DNA of 64,000 bases from an uncultured Actinomycetota bacterium (GCA_963790405.1 CAWBOJ010000007.1:35158-99157), one strand, 5' to 3'. Numbered from the stretch's first letter, positions 31,553 to 43,396 are shown. A program made the numbers and translations. Notes: generated by a model from the sequence alone, not told the origin.

Positions 31553-32212
31553 CTACGCCATGCGCTGTCCCGCGCCCTGCTTCCGCACCATGGAACGCGC
31601 AAGAAACGTGTACTGGACTGCCGCCGACACGGACAGAGCAACCCCCACATACACGAACAGAAGGCCAAGCTGCACGCCTCCGAATACGGAGATCTCGGGC
31701 CAGTGCAGAATCAACAACGAGAAGCCGGCCAACAATACGGCGGTCGTCCATTTCCCGGTCCAGGTGACCGGCATTCTCAAATCGTAGCGCTCGAGGCGCC
31801 ACGCGCCGTAGAGGAGATAGACATCGCGTGACACGAGCACTATCAGCACCCACATCGGCAGCCGCGATTCGATGTAGAGCCCGATCACGCCGCTGGCCAG
31901 CAAGAGCCGATCCACCAGCGGGTCGATCGCCTTTCCGATCTCGGTTACCGTACCGGTTCTCCGAGCAATCTGCCCATCCAGCCAGTCAGTGGAGGCCGCG
32001 GCGGCGTACAGCAGGAACGCAAGCTCGTTGGAGCGATCCGAAACAAGCACAGTGAAGGCGAACGGAATCAACAGAAGCCGCAGAATCGTGATGATGTTGG
32101 CGACGGTCCATACGTCGTGCGAGTGGTCAGATTGCGGGCCTCGCTCGGGCCCGGCGGTTGTTGTCGGCTCGTTCACCGGCGAATCCTCCTGGTCCGGGTG
32201 GGCACGGCACAA
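31553..32212 (-). CDS. pgsA: CDP-alcohol phosphatidyltransferase (PgsA-like).
   Basis: STDWLDGQIARRTGTVTEIGKAIDPLVDR matches D-x2-DG-x2-AR-x8-G-x3-D-x3-D. The protein is multi-TM. The start is uncertain. Confidence 0.85.
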   Translation of the reverse strand: MCRAHPDQEDSPVNEPTTTAGPERGPQSDHSHDVWTVANIITILRLLLIPFAFTVLVSDRSNELAFLLYAAAASTDWLDGQIARRTGTVTEIGKAIDPLVDRLLLASGVIGLYIESRLPMWVLIVLVSRDVYLLYGAWRLERYDLRMPVTWTGKWTTAVLLAGFSLLILHWPEISVFGGVQLGLLFVYVGVALSVSAAVQYTFLARSMVRKQGAGQRMA

Positions 32213-32279
32213 CCACTACCGCGCTCTTGGATTACACGCCTTAGATACCCCAAAACGCGCCGCTCGCGCGCGCTCCTCC

Positions 32280-33260
32280 CTACCACCACTCGCGCCTCTT
32301 GAAGAACACAAGCATCGCGACGCTGATCGCCACCATACTCGCAAGCACGCCGAAGTATCCGTAGCGCCAACCAAGTTCTGGCAGGTGTTTGAAGTTCATA
32401 CCATAGATGCCGGTGATCAGGGTTAGCGGCATGAAGATGGTCGCCATGATAGTGAGTTGCTTCATGATTGCGTTCATGCGATTCGACTGCGCAGAGAGGT
32501 AGACGTCCATGACGGCGGCGGCAACCTCACGATAGGTGTCAATTGAATCCTCGACGCGCGCGAGGTGATCGGCGACATCCTGGAAATACCGATACGCCTC
32601 TTCGGACACGATCTCTCGCTCGCGCACGAGCGCGCGTAGCGAATCACGCTCCGGGGCAACCGTCTTATGCATGAACAGCAGCTCGCGTCGCAAGTCATAG
32701 AGTTCCTCGAGCTGCGACCGCTCGGTACGCTCGAGCATGGCGTCTTGCAGTCTGTCGAGTCGATCGCCAAGCTCGTCGATGACCGGGAACACACCGTCGA
32801 CCATTCGGTCCACGATCGCGTGAAGCAGCCAATCCGCGCCGCGCGCGAGATGCATGTCCGCTTCGAGAGTAATGGCATCGAGTGCGGGAAGTGGGTGTGG
32901 ATGCACGGTGATGACCCACCGGTTCCCCAGGAAGATGTCGAGTTCGCTGTTCTCAACTCCCTCGGAATTCTGCGAAACGCCCAGCCATACCAAGAACAGC
33001 GAACCGCTGTAGAGATCGAGTTTCGGACGCTGTGGGAAGTGCAGGCAGTCTTCGATCGCCAGAGGATGCAAGTCGAAATGCTCGGCAAGGACTCTCAGCG
33101 ACTCCTCGTCCGGATCAAGAACATCGATCCACGCGCAGGTGGCCTCAACCGCCTGCGCGATGTTCGCGAGCGTACCCTGCACCAGGCCCTCGGATCCCAA
33201 CCATCGGACGTCGACCGTAGCCGCCACAGACCCCTCCTCATCTCCCCAGTTGCGCCGCAC
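32280..33260 (-). CDS. corA: CorA-family magnesium/cobalt transporter.
   Basis: Intact 326-aa ORF. The C-terminal TM pair carries GIYGMNFKHLPE (YGMN motif). Confidence 0.9.
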   Translation of the reverse strand: MRRNWGDEEGSVAATVDVRWLGSEGLVQGTLANIAQAVEATCAWIDVLDPDEESLRVLAEHFDLHPLAIEDCLHFPQRPKLDLYSGSLFLVWLGVSQNSEGVENSELDIFLGNRWVITVHPHPLPALDAITLEADMHLARGADWLLHAIVDRMVDGVFPVIDELGDRLDRLQDAMLERTERSQLEELYDLRRELLFMHKTVAPERDSLRALVREREIVSEEAYRYFQDVADHLARVEDSIDTYREVAAAVMDVYLSAQSNRMNAIMKQLTIMATIFMPLTLITGIYGMNFKHLPELGWRYGYFGVLASMVAISVAMLVFFKRREWW

Positions 33261-33334
33261 GCACGCGTCATCAAGCCAGTGTCAGCATACCCTCATCTGG
33301 AGGCATCGTGCGGGGCGGAATCAGGCGCGAGATA

Positions 33335-35266
33335 CTAGCCCTCGGCGCCTGTGCGAGGAATCCTCAGGGTGAACACGCTGCCCTGCCCTTCCTGGCTCTC
33401 GACTACGAGATCGCCGCCAAGCAACCGAGCGTAGGAGCGAGAGAGCGGAAGCCCCAGTCCTGCCCCCTGGCTCTTCGCGACGTCCGAGCGCGGCACTTGG
33501 TGATACAGCTCGAAGATCCTGGCGAGTTCGGACTCAGCGATGCCTAGGCCCGTGTCTCGCACTCGAGCTATGGCCTCATCCTCGGTGCACTCACACTCGA
33601 CGGTCAACGTGCCCGTCGAGGTGAACTTGATGGCGTTCGAAACGAGATTCGTCAGCACCTGCTTCACTCGCCGAGAATCGGAACTGACTCGGGCATCACA
33701 GTCAGAAACTGAGACATCCAGGATCAGCCCCGCCTGCTCGACCTGAGGTCGTATCTGCTCCGCAAAATCCCGGACGAGGTCCGCCCATACGAACTCCTCA
33801 TTGACGAGCCGCACCTCTCCGATGGCCACCTGCTCTACATCCAGCAGGTCTTCCACCAGCTGCAGCAGATCACCTCCGGCAGTTCTGATCATTGACACTT
33901 GGGTCTTCTGTTCGTCCGTGAGTGGCCCAGCCAGACCTTGCAGCAGTATCCCGCTGAACCCGATGACGGAGTTCAGGGGCGTCCGCAGTTCATGACTCAT
34001 GTTCGCGAGGAATCGGTCCTTCGCTTCGCCTTCGATCTTGAGCTTCTCCGCTCGTCTCACCTCGGAAACGTCCAAACCGAGACTCAGAGTCCCGCAACCG
34101 AGACCGTCACCATCGCGCACAACTGAGTTGTGCCATTCGATCATGCGTTCCGTGCCATCCGGCAGCAGAATCGCGTTCTCGTACACCTCGACGGGCTCGA
34201 CCACCCGACCCATGAACGACGAGTGGACCTCTCTCACGCGCGAACGGACCGATTCTGGAATGCAGCGCTCGAACCAGTCCGCTCCCACTAGCGGGGATCC
34301 CCCAGACTCGAGAAGGTCGCGGGCCTTCCCGTTCGCTTGCACGACGTGCCCATGTTGATCGAGGACGACTGCGATGAGATCCGCAATCTCAAGGTACTGC
34401 TCGGCCTGATCACACGCTGTCTTGAGATCGGACGCGCTCTGCCGCTGCTCCGAGATGTCCGAGATGACCCCCAGATAACCCGTCGATACGCCGTTGTCGT
34501 TCAGCAGAGTCCCGGCCACGCCGTGGACCCACAAGACATCACCGTCGTCCCGCTGGAACCGGTACTCCTCGTCAAACCTGTCTCCTCCGGAAGTGAATTC
34601 CATCCACGCTGATTCGATCTGCGCCCGGTCATTCGCATGTACAGCCTCGATCCATCCAAGACCCATTGCCTCGTCGGCAGTCAATCCGACTAGGTCACAC
34701 CACTTCCGGTTGACGAACACGCACTGTCCATTCAGGTCCGACTCACAGATACCCACAGGCGAGAGCACCGCCATCGCCCGCCACCGCTCCCGTCCCGCAA
34801 CCAGCTCCTGCTCAAACGCGACGGCAGCGGTCACGTCTCGCACAGTGCAGCAGACCCCATCGTTCGCGCCTGCGGTCAAGTCCGTCGGAATCAGCCACCC
34901 GGACTGGAACGTGTCCCGGCCTTGTGGTGTGACCACGCGAATCCGATCGTAGTAGACCGGCTGACGGGACTCCTTGGCGCGCCTGTAGAGAGGGTAGAAC
35001 TCGCTCATGGTGTCGGCGGAGAAGTCATCGGGAATCTTGCAGCCCACCAGCTTCTCCACGGGAACCCCCGCAATCTGGGCCATTCCGTCGCTGGCGTACC
35101 GGAGCACATCGTCGGCATCGGATACCCACACCCCGCCGACTGATACGTCATCCCCTAGGGGATAGCGCTGAGGGGACTCTTCCACAGTCGCGTACCGCCT
35201 TGCGCAGGTCGCTTCTGAACCCGGGCGGGTCCAGCCATCTCCACACGAGTATACCCGCGTGCCCAT
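33335..35266 (-). CDS. Multi-PAS sensor histidine kinase (no adjacent response regulator).
   Basis: H-box SHELRTPLNSVIGF, N-box LTNLVSNAIKFT, G1 DTGLGI, G2 GAGLGLPLS. About 3 PAS-like repeats lie upstream. The ORF is open to 35410, but that start would overlap the divergent ABC-F start, so M49 is taken as provisional. Confidence 0.8.
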   Translation of the reverse strand: MGTRVYSCGDGWTRPGSEATCARRYATVEESPQRYPLGDDVSVGGVWVSDADDVLRYASDGMAQIAGVPVEKLVGCKIPDDFSADTMSEFYPLYRRAKESRQPVYYDRIRVVTPQGRDTFQSGWLIPTDLTAGANDGVCCTVRDVTAAVAFEQELVAGRERWRAMAVLSPVGICESDLNGQCVFVNRKWCDLVGLTADEAMGLGWIEAVHANDRAQIESAWMEFTSGGDRFDEEYRFQRDDGDVLWVHGVAGTLLNDNGVSTGYLGVISDISEQRQSASDLKTACDQAEQYLEIADLIAVVLDQHGHVVQANGKARDLLESGGSPLVGADWFERCIPESVRSRVREVHSSFMGRVVEPVEVYENAILLPDGTERMIEWHNSVVRDGDGLGCGTLSLGLDVSEVRRAEKLKIEGEAKDRFLANMSHELRTPLNSVIGFSGILLQGLAGPLTDEQKTQVSMIRTAGGDLLQLVEDLLDVEQVAIGEVRLVNEEFVWADLVRDFAEQIRPQVEQAGLILDVSVSDCDARVSSDSRRVKQVLTNLVSNAIKFTSTGTLTVECECTEDEAIARVRDTGLGIAESELARIFELYHQVPRSDVAKSQGAGLGLPLSRSYARLLGGDLVVESQEGQGSVFTLRIPRTGAEG

Positions 35267-35403
35267 GCGAAAACGCGGTGCGAACCGCCGAGTACCCCAG
35301 TCGATCCCGCCCGCTGGGGTGCATCCCAGGTATCCTGATTGCTCGCGCGATGCGATAGTGTCGTTCGTGTTCGCCGGCTGTGTGAGGATCGAGGTTCGCT
35401 CTA

Positions 35404-37231
35404 GTGGCATACCTGCTCGGATGCGAGAACGTCCATCTTGAATACCCGACCAAGAGGGTGTTCGACTCGATCACGCTTGGAATCGACGAGGGCGATCGCA
35501 TTGGCATCGTTGGCGGCAATGGCGATGGCAAATCCTCACTCCTAGCACTGCTTGCAGGCTCGCTTGAGCCAGATGACGGCCGCGTCATGAGTCGCGGCGG
35601 AATCACCGTCGGGATGCTCGAGCAGACCGACGCTCTCGATCTCGAAGCAACCGTCGTCCACGAGATCGTCGGGGACGTGCCCGAGCACACGTGGGCATCG
35701 GATGCTCGGATTCGCAGCATTCTTCGCGGGCTGGTCGCGGATATCCCCTGGGATGGCAGAATCGGAGAGCTTTCCGGCGGGCAGCGGCGTCGCGTAGACC
35801 TTGCCCGGGTGCTCGTAGGTGAGTTCGATGTGCTCATGCTCGACGAACCCACCAACCATCTCGATATGCACGCTATCGCGTGGCTGGCCGAGCATCTCAA
35901 GCAGCGCTGGCCAAAGAAGTCAGGCGCGCTTCTCGTTGTGACACATGACCGCTGGTTCCTCGATGAGGTCTGCCTCGGGATGTGGGAGGTCCACAACGGG
36001 CAGGTAGAGCAGTTCGAAGGTGGATACTCGGCATACGTGCTGCAACGCGTCGAGCGTGCCGAGGCCGCCCAGACCGCCGAGGAGAAGCGCAAGAACCTCA
36101 TGCGCAAGGAACTCGCCTGGCTTTCGCGTGGAGCTCGTGCCCGATCGACCAAGCCGAAGTTCCATGTCGAAGCAGCGCGTGCGCTCATCGCCGAGGAACC
36201 GCCCGTGCGCAACTCGATCGAACTGAAGCGGACAGCGGTCTCCCGCTTGGGCAAGCAGGTCGTCGACCTTGTCGGGGTGACCCAGCGCTATGGCGACAAG
36301 ACCGTCATCGACGACGTCACATGGCTCATCGGCCCGGGAGACAGGTTCGGCATCCTGGGCGAGAACGGATCGGGCAAGACGACGCTCCTGAAGGTGATCC
36401 AAGGTTCACTCGCGCCGACTTCGGGTCACGTGAAGATCGGCAAGACGGTCAAGTTCGCCGTCTTGTCGCAACATCTCGAGGAACTCAACGAGCTGGGAGA
36501 CTACCGCGTCCGCGAGGTCCTGACTCGATACAAGACGCGCTACGAAGTCGACGGCAAGGAGATGACCCCGGCGCAGCTTCTGGAGCGTCTGGGATTCGAG
36601 GCAGTTCAGCTGTCCGCGGTGGTCTCGGACCTGTCCGGCGGGCAGAAGCGCCGTCTCCAGCTGATGCTCATCCTTCTGGACAAGCCCAACGTGCTGATCT
36701 TGGACGAGCCGGACAACGACCTGGATATCGACATGCTCGCCGTGGTGGAGAGCCTTCTGGACACGTGGCCCGGCACGCTTCTGCTCATCACCCACGACCG
36801 GCACCTGATGGAGCGCGTCACCGACGATCAGTTCGCCCTGGTTGACGGGAAGATCCGCCATGTCCCCGGCGGTGTCGACGAGTACCTGCGGCTCATCGAC
36901 CAGCGCGTCAGTGCGCAAGCGCAGACTGAACCCGAGAGATCGAAGCGGAAGGATGCCGCTGCCAGTCGGCCGAGTGGCGCATCAGATGAGCGACACGAAC
37001 CGGTCCTGTCGAGTGCGGAGGAACGTAGCCTCAAGAAGGAACTCGCGGCCACGGAGCGCAAGCTGGAAACGCTCGGCAAGAAGGCCGATGCGATCCGCGC
37101 CGAGATGCACGAAGACAGATCCTTCCGACTACGTCGCGCTCGGCGACGTCCAGGCGCGGATCCACGATATCGAGCGGCAGGTCTCTGACGTCGAGGACGA
37201 ATGGGTGCGACTGTCCGAGAAGCTCTCCTGA
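35404..37231 (+). pseudogene. ABC-F family ATPase (Uup/EttA-like), with one frame change near 37115 in the C-terminal coiled coil.
   Basis: Two ABC cassettes (GGNGDGKS / LSGGQRRR and GENGSGKT / LSGGQKRR). ORF 35404..37188 then continues in ORF 36842..37231 (..DPSDYVALGDVQARIHDIERQVSDVEDEWVRLSEKLS). Confidence 0.85.
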
Positions 37232-37250
37232 AGCGCCCGCCTGCCGTCTC

Positions 37251-38882
37251 TCACTCGTAGGTTGCGAGGACAGCCTCGGCACAGCGCATGCCGTCCACCG
37301 CAGCGGACATGATGCCGCCCGCGTAGCCGGCGCCCTCCCCGCAGGGATAGACGCCCCGCAGATTCGACTGCAGGGTATCATCACGCAGCACGCGCACCGG
37401 GGAAGACGAGCGCGTCTCCACTCCCGTGAGAAGCGCGTCCGCTGTCGCGAATCCGCGCATGCGGCGATCGAAGATCGGCGCCGCCTCGCGCAACGATGCA
37501 CACGACGAACTCCGGCAAGCACCGCGCGAGGTCGACGTACTCGACTCCGAGTGGATACGTCGGCTGCACATCGCCCGCTGCCGAGGAAGCGACACCCTGC
37601 AGGAAGTCGCCCATGAGTTGCGCGGGCGCACGGAAGTCCCTTCCGCCGAGTTCGAACGCGGCGTGCTCCCATCGCCGCTGGAAGCTGCACGCCCGCCAAC
37701 GGGTGATCGTCTTCGAAGTCCCCGGGCGAGACGCTCACCAGAAAGGCCGCATTCGCGTTCGCGCCATCGCGAGCGAATCGGCTCATGCCGTTCGTGACCA
37801 CTCCCCCGGCCTCGCTCGCCGCCGCCACCACCCAGCCGCCGGGACACATGCAAAACGTGTAGACCCCGCGACCGGATGGCAGGTGGCATGAGAGCTTGTA
37901 CTCCGCCGCACCGAGCGCCGGATGACCCGCCGCGGAGCCATACTGCGCGCGGTCCACCATGCGCTGGTCGTGCTCGATCCGAACGCCCGATCGAGAACGG
38001 CTTCTGTGCGAGACGCGCACCGCGCTCGTGCAGCATGTCGAAGGTGTCGCGCGCGCTGTGGCCTGTCGCCAGGATGAGCACCTCGGCCGCGAACTCCTCG
38101 CGCCCGCCATCGCTCTGCGTCACCACGCCACGGAGCCCGTCGTCTGAGTCGAGGATGAGGTCGGAGAGCCGCGTCCCGAAACGGACTTCGCCGCCGAGCG
38201 ACTCGATCTCCTCCCGCAGTCTCCTCACGGCCCCGGTGAGGTGGTCCGTGCCGATGTGCGGTTTCGCCTGCCAGAGTATCTCCTCGGCCGCGCCTGCACC
38301 GACGAGTGTCGCCAGCACGCTGCGGCACCGGGGGTCGTGTGTGTTGGTGGTGAGCTTGCCGTCCGAGAAGGTCCCCGCGCCGCCTTCTCCAAACTGTATG
38401 TTCGAGTCCGGGTCGAGCACGCCGTCGCGAATGAAGGCCTCTACCGCACGGACGCGTTCCTCCACCGCTGCGCCGCGCTCGAGCACGAGCGGCCGCGCAC
38501 CTGCCCGCGCCAGCGTAAGCGCTGCGAAGAGCCCCGCCGGACCGGTGCCCACGACGACGGGACGCACTTCAGGGAGCGCTCGCGAGACTTCGCGACAACG
38601 GGCAGCGGCTCGGTGGCGGCGATGAATACGTCGTCGTCCCCGACGCGGCGCACCACGGCCGCCTCGTCCTCGCCGACCGCGTCATCGAGCGTCACGCCAA
38701 GCGACACCACGAAGTGGACGTTGCTCTTGCGACGAGCGTCAACAGAGCGCTTGAGCAGGCGCACCGAGGCGACTCGTCCCACGTCGATGCCCAGGCGTTT
38801 GGCGGCTGCGCGCCTCAGCGCGCCCTCGCGCCGAAGGATCGCCAGCCGAGAGCGGGAGAGCGAGGTTCCTGACCTCTATCAC
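37251..38882 (-). pseudogene. FAD-dependent dehydrogenase (COG2509-type), with multiple frame changes.
   Basis: PVVVGTGPAGLFAALTLARAGARPLVLERG..FGEGGAGTFSDGKLTT..LATGHSARDTF lies in ORF 37251..38567. N-terminal pieces are VIEVRNLALPL.. and ..SVRLLKRSVDARRKSNVHFV. The C-terminus is ..YPCGEGAGYAGGIMSAAVDG. Confidence 0.75.
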
Positions 38883-38903
38883 TCGGATCCCCTCGGGCTG
38901 GCG

Positions 38904-40131
38904 TCATCGTTCCGCGGCGCGCTCCATGGCCAAGTGAGCGGCGGCCTCGCCGGCCACGATGCCCGACGCCCAGGCCCAGTGCAGGTTGAAGCCGCCGGAG
39001 CGGCCATCGATGTCGAGCACCTCACCTGCGGCGAACAGCCCGTCCACGACGACGCGACGCCATCGTGTTCGGATCGAACTGCGCAACCGACGCGCCACCG
39101 CGGGTCACCTGCGCCTGGTTCGGCATCACCCATGCCGAGGACCCTCAGCCGGAAGTCCTTGAGAAGCGCGGCGAGTCGGTCCGCGGGCAATCTCCTCGAC
39201 CGGCGTGTCCAGCCCGATTCCCGCAGCGCGCAAGACCGCGCGCGCAACCCGGTCGTGGAGCATGCCGGCGAAGAACGTCTCCGCGGTTCGCCACGAAAGG
39301 GCCGCGCAGCGCTGCGAGATCATCGTCTGGAGCTCCGGCAGGGCGACGTCCGGGAAGAAGTCGATCGAGATGACGCATCCCGGCTCAAGGTAGCGAGAGA
39401 GGTCGAAGACTCATGATCCCGCTCACTCCGTAGTCGCGAAACAGCAGCTCACCGCGTTCGGTCGCGACCGCATCTCCACCGGTGTTGTCGTCGTCGACAC
39501 CGGCGAAGAGCGTCGCGGCGCACCTCACGCGCACACCGGAGAGTCCGCGGATAGGCTCGGTTTCCGTCCTGATGGGCCCGAGCACGGGGACGCGTCTCGA
39601 CCATCTCGTGTCCCAGGCCCGCCAGGAGCGCACCACCGCCGCCGGTCGTGACGATCACGGCTTCCGCGCGAACCGTCTCCCCGTCTTGCGAGAACACCTC
39701 GAAGCCGCCGGAGCCGGGTTCCGCCGAGACACGCGCGACCTCGAAGCCGCATCGCACGTCCACGCCCAGGTGCGCGCACTCCAACCGCAGCACGTCGAGG
39801 ACGGAGCCGGCCGCGTTCGTCACGGGGTACACGCGACCCTCGTCGTCGGCGCGATGTGAGCAGGCCCATCGTCGCCGAAGAAGGAGCGAATGGCCTCGCA
39901 GGGATACGCGCCGAGAACCGGCTCGACGAAATCGGGATGGTTGTAGGCCGGCGGCGATACGGACGAGGTTCGTGAGGTTGCAGCGCCCGTTGCCGCTCGC
40001 CAGGATCTTCCTGCCCACGCGAGCGTCTGCCTCGAGAAGCGTGACGGCCGACGCCAAGGCGCGCCGCAGCTATGGCCGCCGACAGCCCAGCCGCTCCCCC
40101 ACCGATGATCACACACTCTCGACTCCGCCAT
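38904..40131 (-). pseudogene. HI0933/BaiN-family flavoprotein, with at least 6 frame changes.
   Basis: Pieces spread across three frames: MAESRVC..IIGGGAAGLSAAIAAARLG, ..ILASGNGRCNLTN, ..YNHPDFVEPVLG.., ..VIVTTGGGGA.., ..LFAAGEVLDIDGRSGGFNLHWAWASG. Confidence 0.7.
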
Positions 40132-40173
40132 CGCGTCCTTCCGTTCTCAGTCCTGCTCGCGACGCTTGCCTAC

Positions 40174-41024
40174 CTACGAACGGGTCCAGCGTGCCCACAC
40201 GCCAGCACTCACTGGACGCACATCACTCGCGCCGGTCAACTCCATCTCGCCGGATGCGATGTCGCCGTCGTCCAATACGTCCCTCAGCAGAGTATCAAGT
40301 TGCTCTGACGTCACGCCCTGGGTGTGCGACGTGAGAAGAACGAATGCCGGCTCATCGGTCAGCAGCGCCCTGCATTGTCCCAGCGTTGAGGCGAGATCCC
40401 TGTCGATTCTGTACTGCTCGCCCTTGGTGCCGTGTCCGAACGAGGGCGGGTCGAGCATGATCGCGTCGTAGGTGCGACCACGGCGAATCTCGCGATCCAG
40501 GAACTTGCCCACGTCCTCGACGATCCATCGTATGGGAGCCGCCTCCAAGCTGGTTCAGGGCGGCGTTCTCTCGTGCGCGTGTGACCATCGACTTGGAGGA
40601 GTCCACATGGCACACCGAACAGCCGGCGCGCGCAGCGGCGAGCGTTGCGCCACCCGAGTACGCGAACAGGTTGAGAACGTTCGCTCCCGCACCGTCGGGC
40701 GCCTGAGCGTGTCGCGCGATCCAGTCCCACAGCGAACGCGTTTCCGGGAACACGCCGAGATGACCGGCGGGCGTGGGTGCGAGTCTCATCGCGATGTCGT
40801 TGATCGTGACGATCCAGCTTGAGGGCAGCTCGGCGTCGCCGTGCGTCTGCCATCCGCGCTCCCGGTCGAAGGAGGCAGCGGCCGCTCGCCCACATCTCGG
40901 GTCTCTGCTTCTCCCAGACGGCCTGACCGCACGGACGCGACAGGACTACATCGCCAAAGCGTTCGAGCTTGCGCCCGTCGCCGCTGTCCAGCAGCTCGTA
41001 TTCGTTGTGCATCGTATGCTTCAT
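40174..41024 (-). pseudogene. Class I SAM-dependent methyltransferase (COG1092/RlmI-like C-terminal architecture), frameshifted.
   Basis: [24 protein letters not shown].. (ORF 40359..41153), ..[23 protein letters not shown] (ORF 40352..40789), ..[12 protein letters not shown].. (ORF 40174..40548). Confidence 0.7.
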
Positions 41025-41130
41025 GCCCATCGCAGATGACATTGCACATATCAGGATAGCGCTCGCGGCGCATGGCTCGATGCACTTGTTCGGTGTCAGC
41101 GACAGAGGCTGCGAAACACGCGAAAGCAAG

Positions 41131-41571
41131 CTACAGAGGCAGTTCGAGCTCATTCAACACAAGGACCTGGTCATCAACCGTGCACACGACGACAAGATTC
41201 GACGAGCTGTGAATCTCACGCTCGCTCTCAGGGGACTGGCAGAGATACTCCGATAGGTGCCCAAAGGCTGGCCTGCTCCGCAGGAGATCGAGCGGCACTA
41301 TTGCCCGACCACGCCAGCTGGAACCACTCGCTTCATCGAGCAACTGGACGTGGCACTCACTGATTACGGAGGGGTTGTCGCCATAGTCTTCGATAATGGC
41401 AGCCAGGAACCACTCGAACGCCGTACGTGGACCGAACATGCCGGAGTCGGCACCCTCCATGATAGCCAGCAACCAGCGGTCCGAACGAACCCGTTCGAGC
41501 AAGATCTGCGACGCATGATTCAAGTTCGATGAACGCGTCATCACTGGGCCACGCCAGCATCCTCTGACCAC
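41131..41571 (-). CDS. Hypothetical protein.
   Basis: Intact 146-aa ORF (alternative start MTRSSNL at 41541). No recognisable motif. The local GC on one hand-counted line is about 53%. Confidence 0.45.
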   Translation of the reverse strand: MVRGCWRGPVMTRSSNLNHASQILLERVRSDRWLLAIMEGADSGMFGPRTAFEWFLAAIIEDYGDNPSVISECHVQLLDEASGSSWRGRAIVPLDLLRSRPAFGHLSEYLCQSPESEREIHSSSNLVVVCTVDDQVLVLNELELPL

Positions 41572-41714
41572 TCACCCAGAAGACCGCCTTCCTGATTCGA
41601 CTCACTCGCCACATCAACCCCAGCTCTCACATGGAGCCGAGCTCCCGCGCCCGATTATTGCATGACAGCCACGTGCTAGCGGAACCGCTAGCTCAATTCC
41701 TCAATCAAGGCTCC

Positions 41715-42706
41715 TCACGACACGAACACGCCGCGCAGGTCACGTCGCGGAAGCCCGATTTCAATGCGAGGCAGCAGCTCCAGCACACAATCGCGAAGGT
41801 ACGTCACAGCGCACTCGTCATGAATGCCCAGCAAGCCGCATACGGCATCGGCCGCCTCGCGCATGACTCTGCTCCGCTGACCCCGCCCCAGAGGCTCCAG
41901 CAGCCGCGCGATATCCGTGCGGCCCTGTTCGGACACGTGGAGCCCCCGCGGGTCCTCACCGATCACGGCGAGTCCGATGGCGTTCGTCGCGATCGGCTCG
42001 TACAGATTGATCAGCAAGCCGCGATAGTCCGGACAACTGCTCGCGAGAACGCGTACACAGGATTCGAGCGAAAAGCGCTGCAAGAAGTCCGCCTCCACCA
42101 GCAGACGGCGCAGATACTCGTTCACGTAGTCAACGCCGAGGAGCGACTCCGACACCGGACGGCACAGCGGGTAGTCGATGTTGCAGGGAATCTCGTGCGC
42201 CATGGATCGGCAGTCGTACTGCTTCGGAAACGCGCCGATGCTCTCGAGCGTGTCGCGAAGCGCTAGGTTCCGGACCATCGGCATGGCGACACACACGTCG
42301 TGCCACAATTTCTCGGTCAGCTCGACCTTGTGCCCGATCTCCTCGAGCCTGCGCCGGAACTCAGCGTCGAGATCGATGGACAACAGCCCCTCCGGGACCG
42401 GCCCGTGTCTGGGTCAATGCCGAGGACGAAGCAGACCGAGCGCATCAGGTCGGCAGCGACATGTCGGGGCACGGAGCTGCTGTCACCCATCGTGAAGGCG
42501 ACCGTGCGCTTCTCAAGCAGCCGCAAGAACCTGACCTGAAAGGCAGCACCATCGTGACAGGCGGAGCGGACGTCCGGGGCGTGGTCAGATCCGGCGACAG
42601 CTCGACAGGCGCTGTCCATTCTCATCGTCAGCGCCCCCCCTACGCATCCGACCAACTCTCGCCGTCCCACCCGGGTGCGTGACTGGTCCGGCCCACTCGC
42701 CATCAT
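41715..42706 (-). pseudogene. Conserved hypothetical protein (resembles DUF6179-type proteins of Clostridia/Coriobacteriia, from memory only), frameshifted.
   Basis: ORF 42317..42706 (..FLRLLEKRTVAFTMGDSSSVPRHVAADLMRSVCFVLGID) continues in ORF 41715..42383 (SIDLDAEFRRRLEEIGHKVELTEKLW..). The N-terminal end is uncertain. Confidence 0.5.
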
Positions 42707-42730
42707 CCGGTAGCCGAGTAGCGAGGCTCG

Positions 42731-43184
42731 TCACCGCGTCTGCAAAGCTTGCTCGCGAACATCGCGACACAGCCCGTCGAGGAGGGTCTCGGACAGGAAC
42801 TCCAGGTCCCCGTGAGCCACATCGTCTAAGAGAGACCGCATGGTCTCGATCAACTCGTCGTCGGGACTTGCTCGAACGACTCGTTCTTGAAGTGATAGAA
42901 CAGGTCTTGGAGATCGAGGACGGTCTGGACGAAGGTGGCCTGCGACACGTACGGGCGAACCACAAATGCCAGTACGATTCCCTCGCCACTCCCCCGCCGA
43001 ACTCGACTCGCTCGGTAGTTTCCAGCGCATCGAGTCGCCCCGTGACCAACGCCTGGGCGTCTCGCGTCGACAGGCATAGCCCGTAGCGCTCAGTCACGCG
43101 GTTGCACGATTCCAGTTCATGAAGAGTCGCCGTCAACTGCATCTGGGCAGCGTCCTGCCCGAATGGAACGATCAATCGCCTCAC
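42731..43184 (-). pseudogene. Conserved hypothetical protein (resembles DUF6323-type proteins, from memory only), frameshifted.
   Basis: ORF 42585..43184 (MRRLIVPFGQDAAQMQLTATLHELESCNRVTERYGLCLSTRDAQALVTGRLDALETTERVEFGGG). The gene continues in ORF 42850..43077 (..YVSQATFVQTVLDLQDLFYHFKNESFEQ) and then ORF 42731..43030 (..DDELIETMRSLLDDVAHGDLEFLSETLL..). Confidence 0.5.
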
Positions 43185-43372
43185 CTCAGATACTATCTAC
43201 ACCCTTGCGCCGAGGAATACGAGACTCGTTCTGGAGGCCGATTTGTGGTAAGGTAACGGCGGTGGTTTTGGCCCCTCACCTGGTGTTTTCCCTGTCGTCT
43301 GGCATCCCTGAAATCCGTGGCGCGCTGACGACAATACCCCAGTACTCGAAGACGTCTCCACAAGCAAACGAA

Positions 43373-43396
43373 GCGGGGCACCCGAAGGTGCCCCGC
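43373..43396 (-). terminator. Orphan 10-bp GC hairpin with a UUCG tetraloop (minus-strand sense) followed by TTCGTTTGCTTGT.
   Basis: The plus strand reads GCGGGGCACC-CGAA-GGTGCCCCGC. It sits in a divergent intergenic region with no upstream minus-strand gene to terminate. Confidence 0.3.

Noticed and set aside
35148-36254. 368-aa minus-strand ORF.
   Set aside because: It is antisense to the ABC-F gene, whose two Walker A and signature motifs are unambiguous. It also overlaps the histidine kinase 5' region in a different frame.
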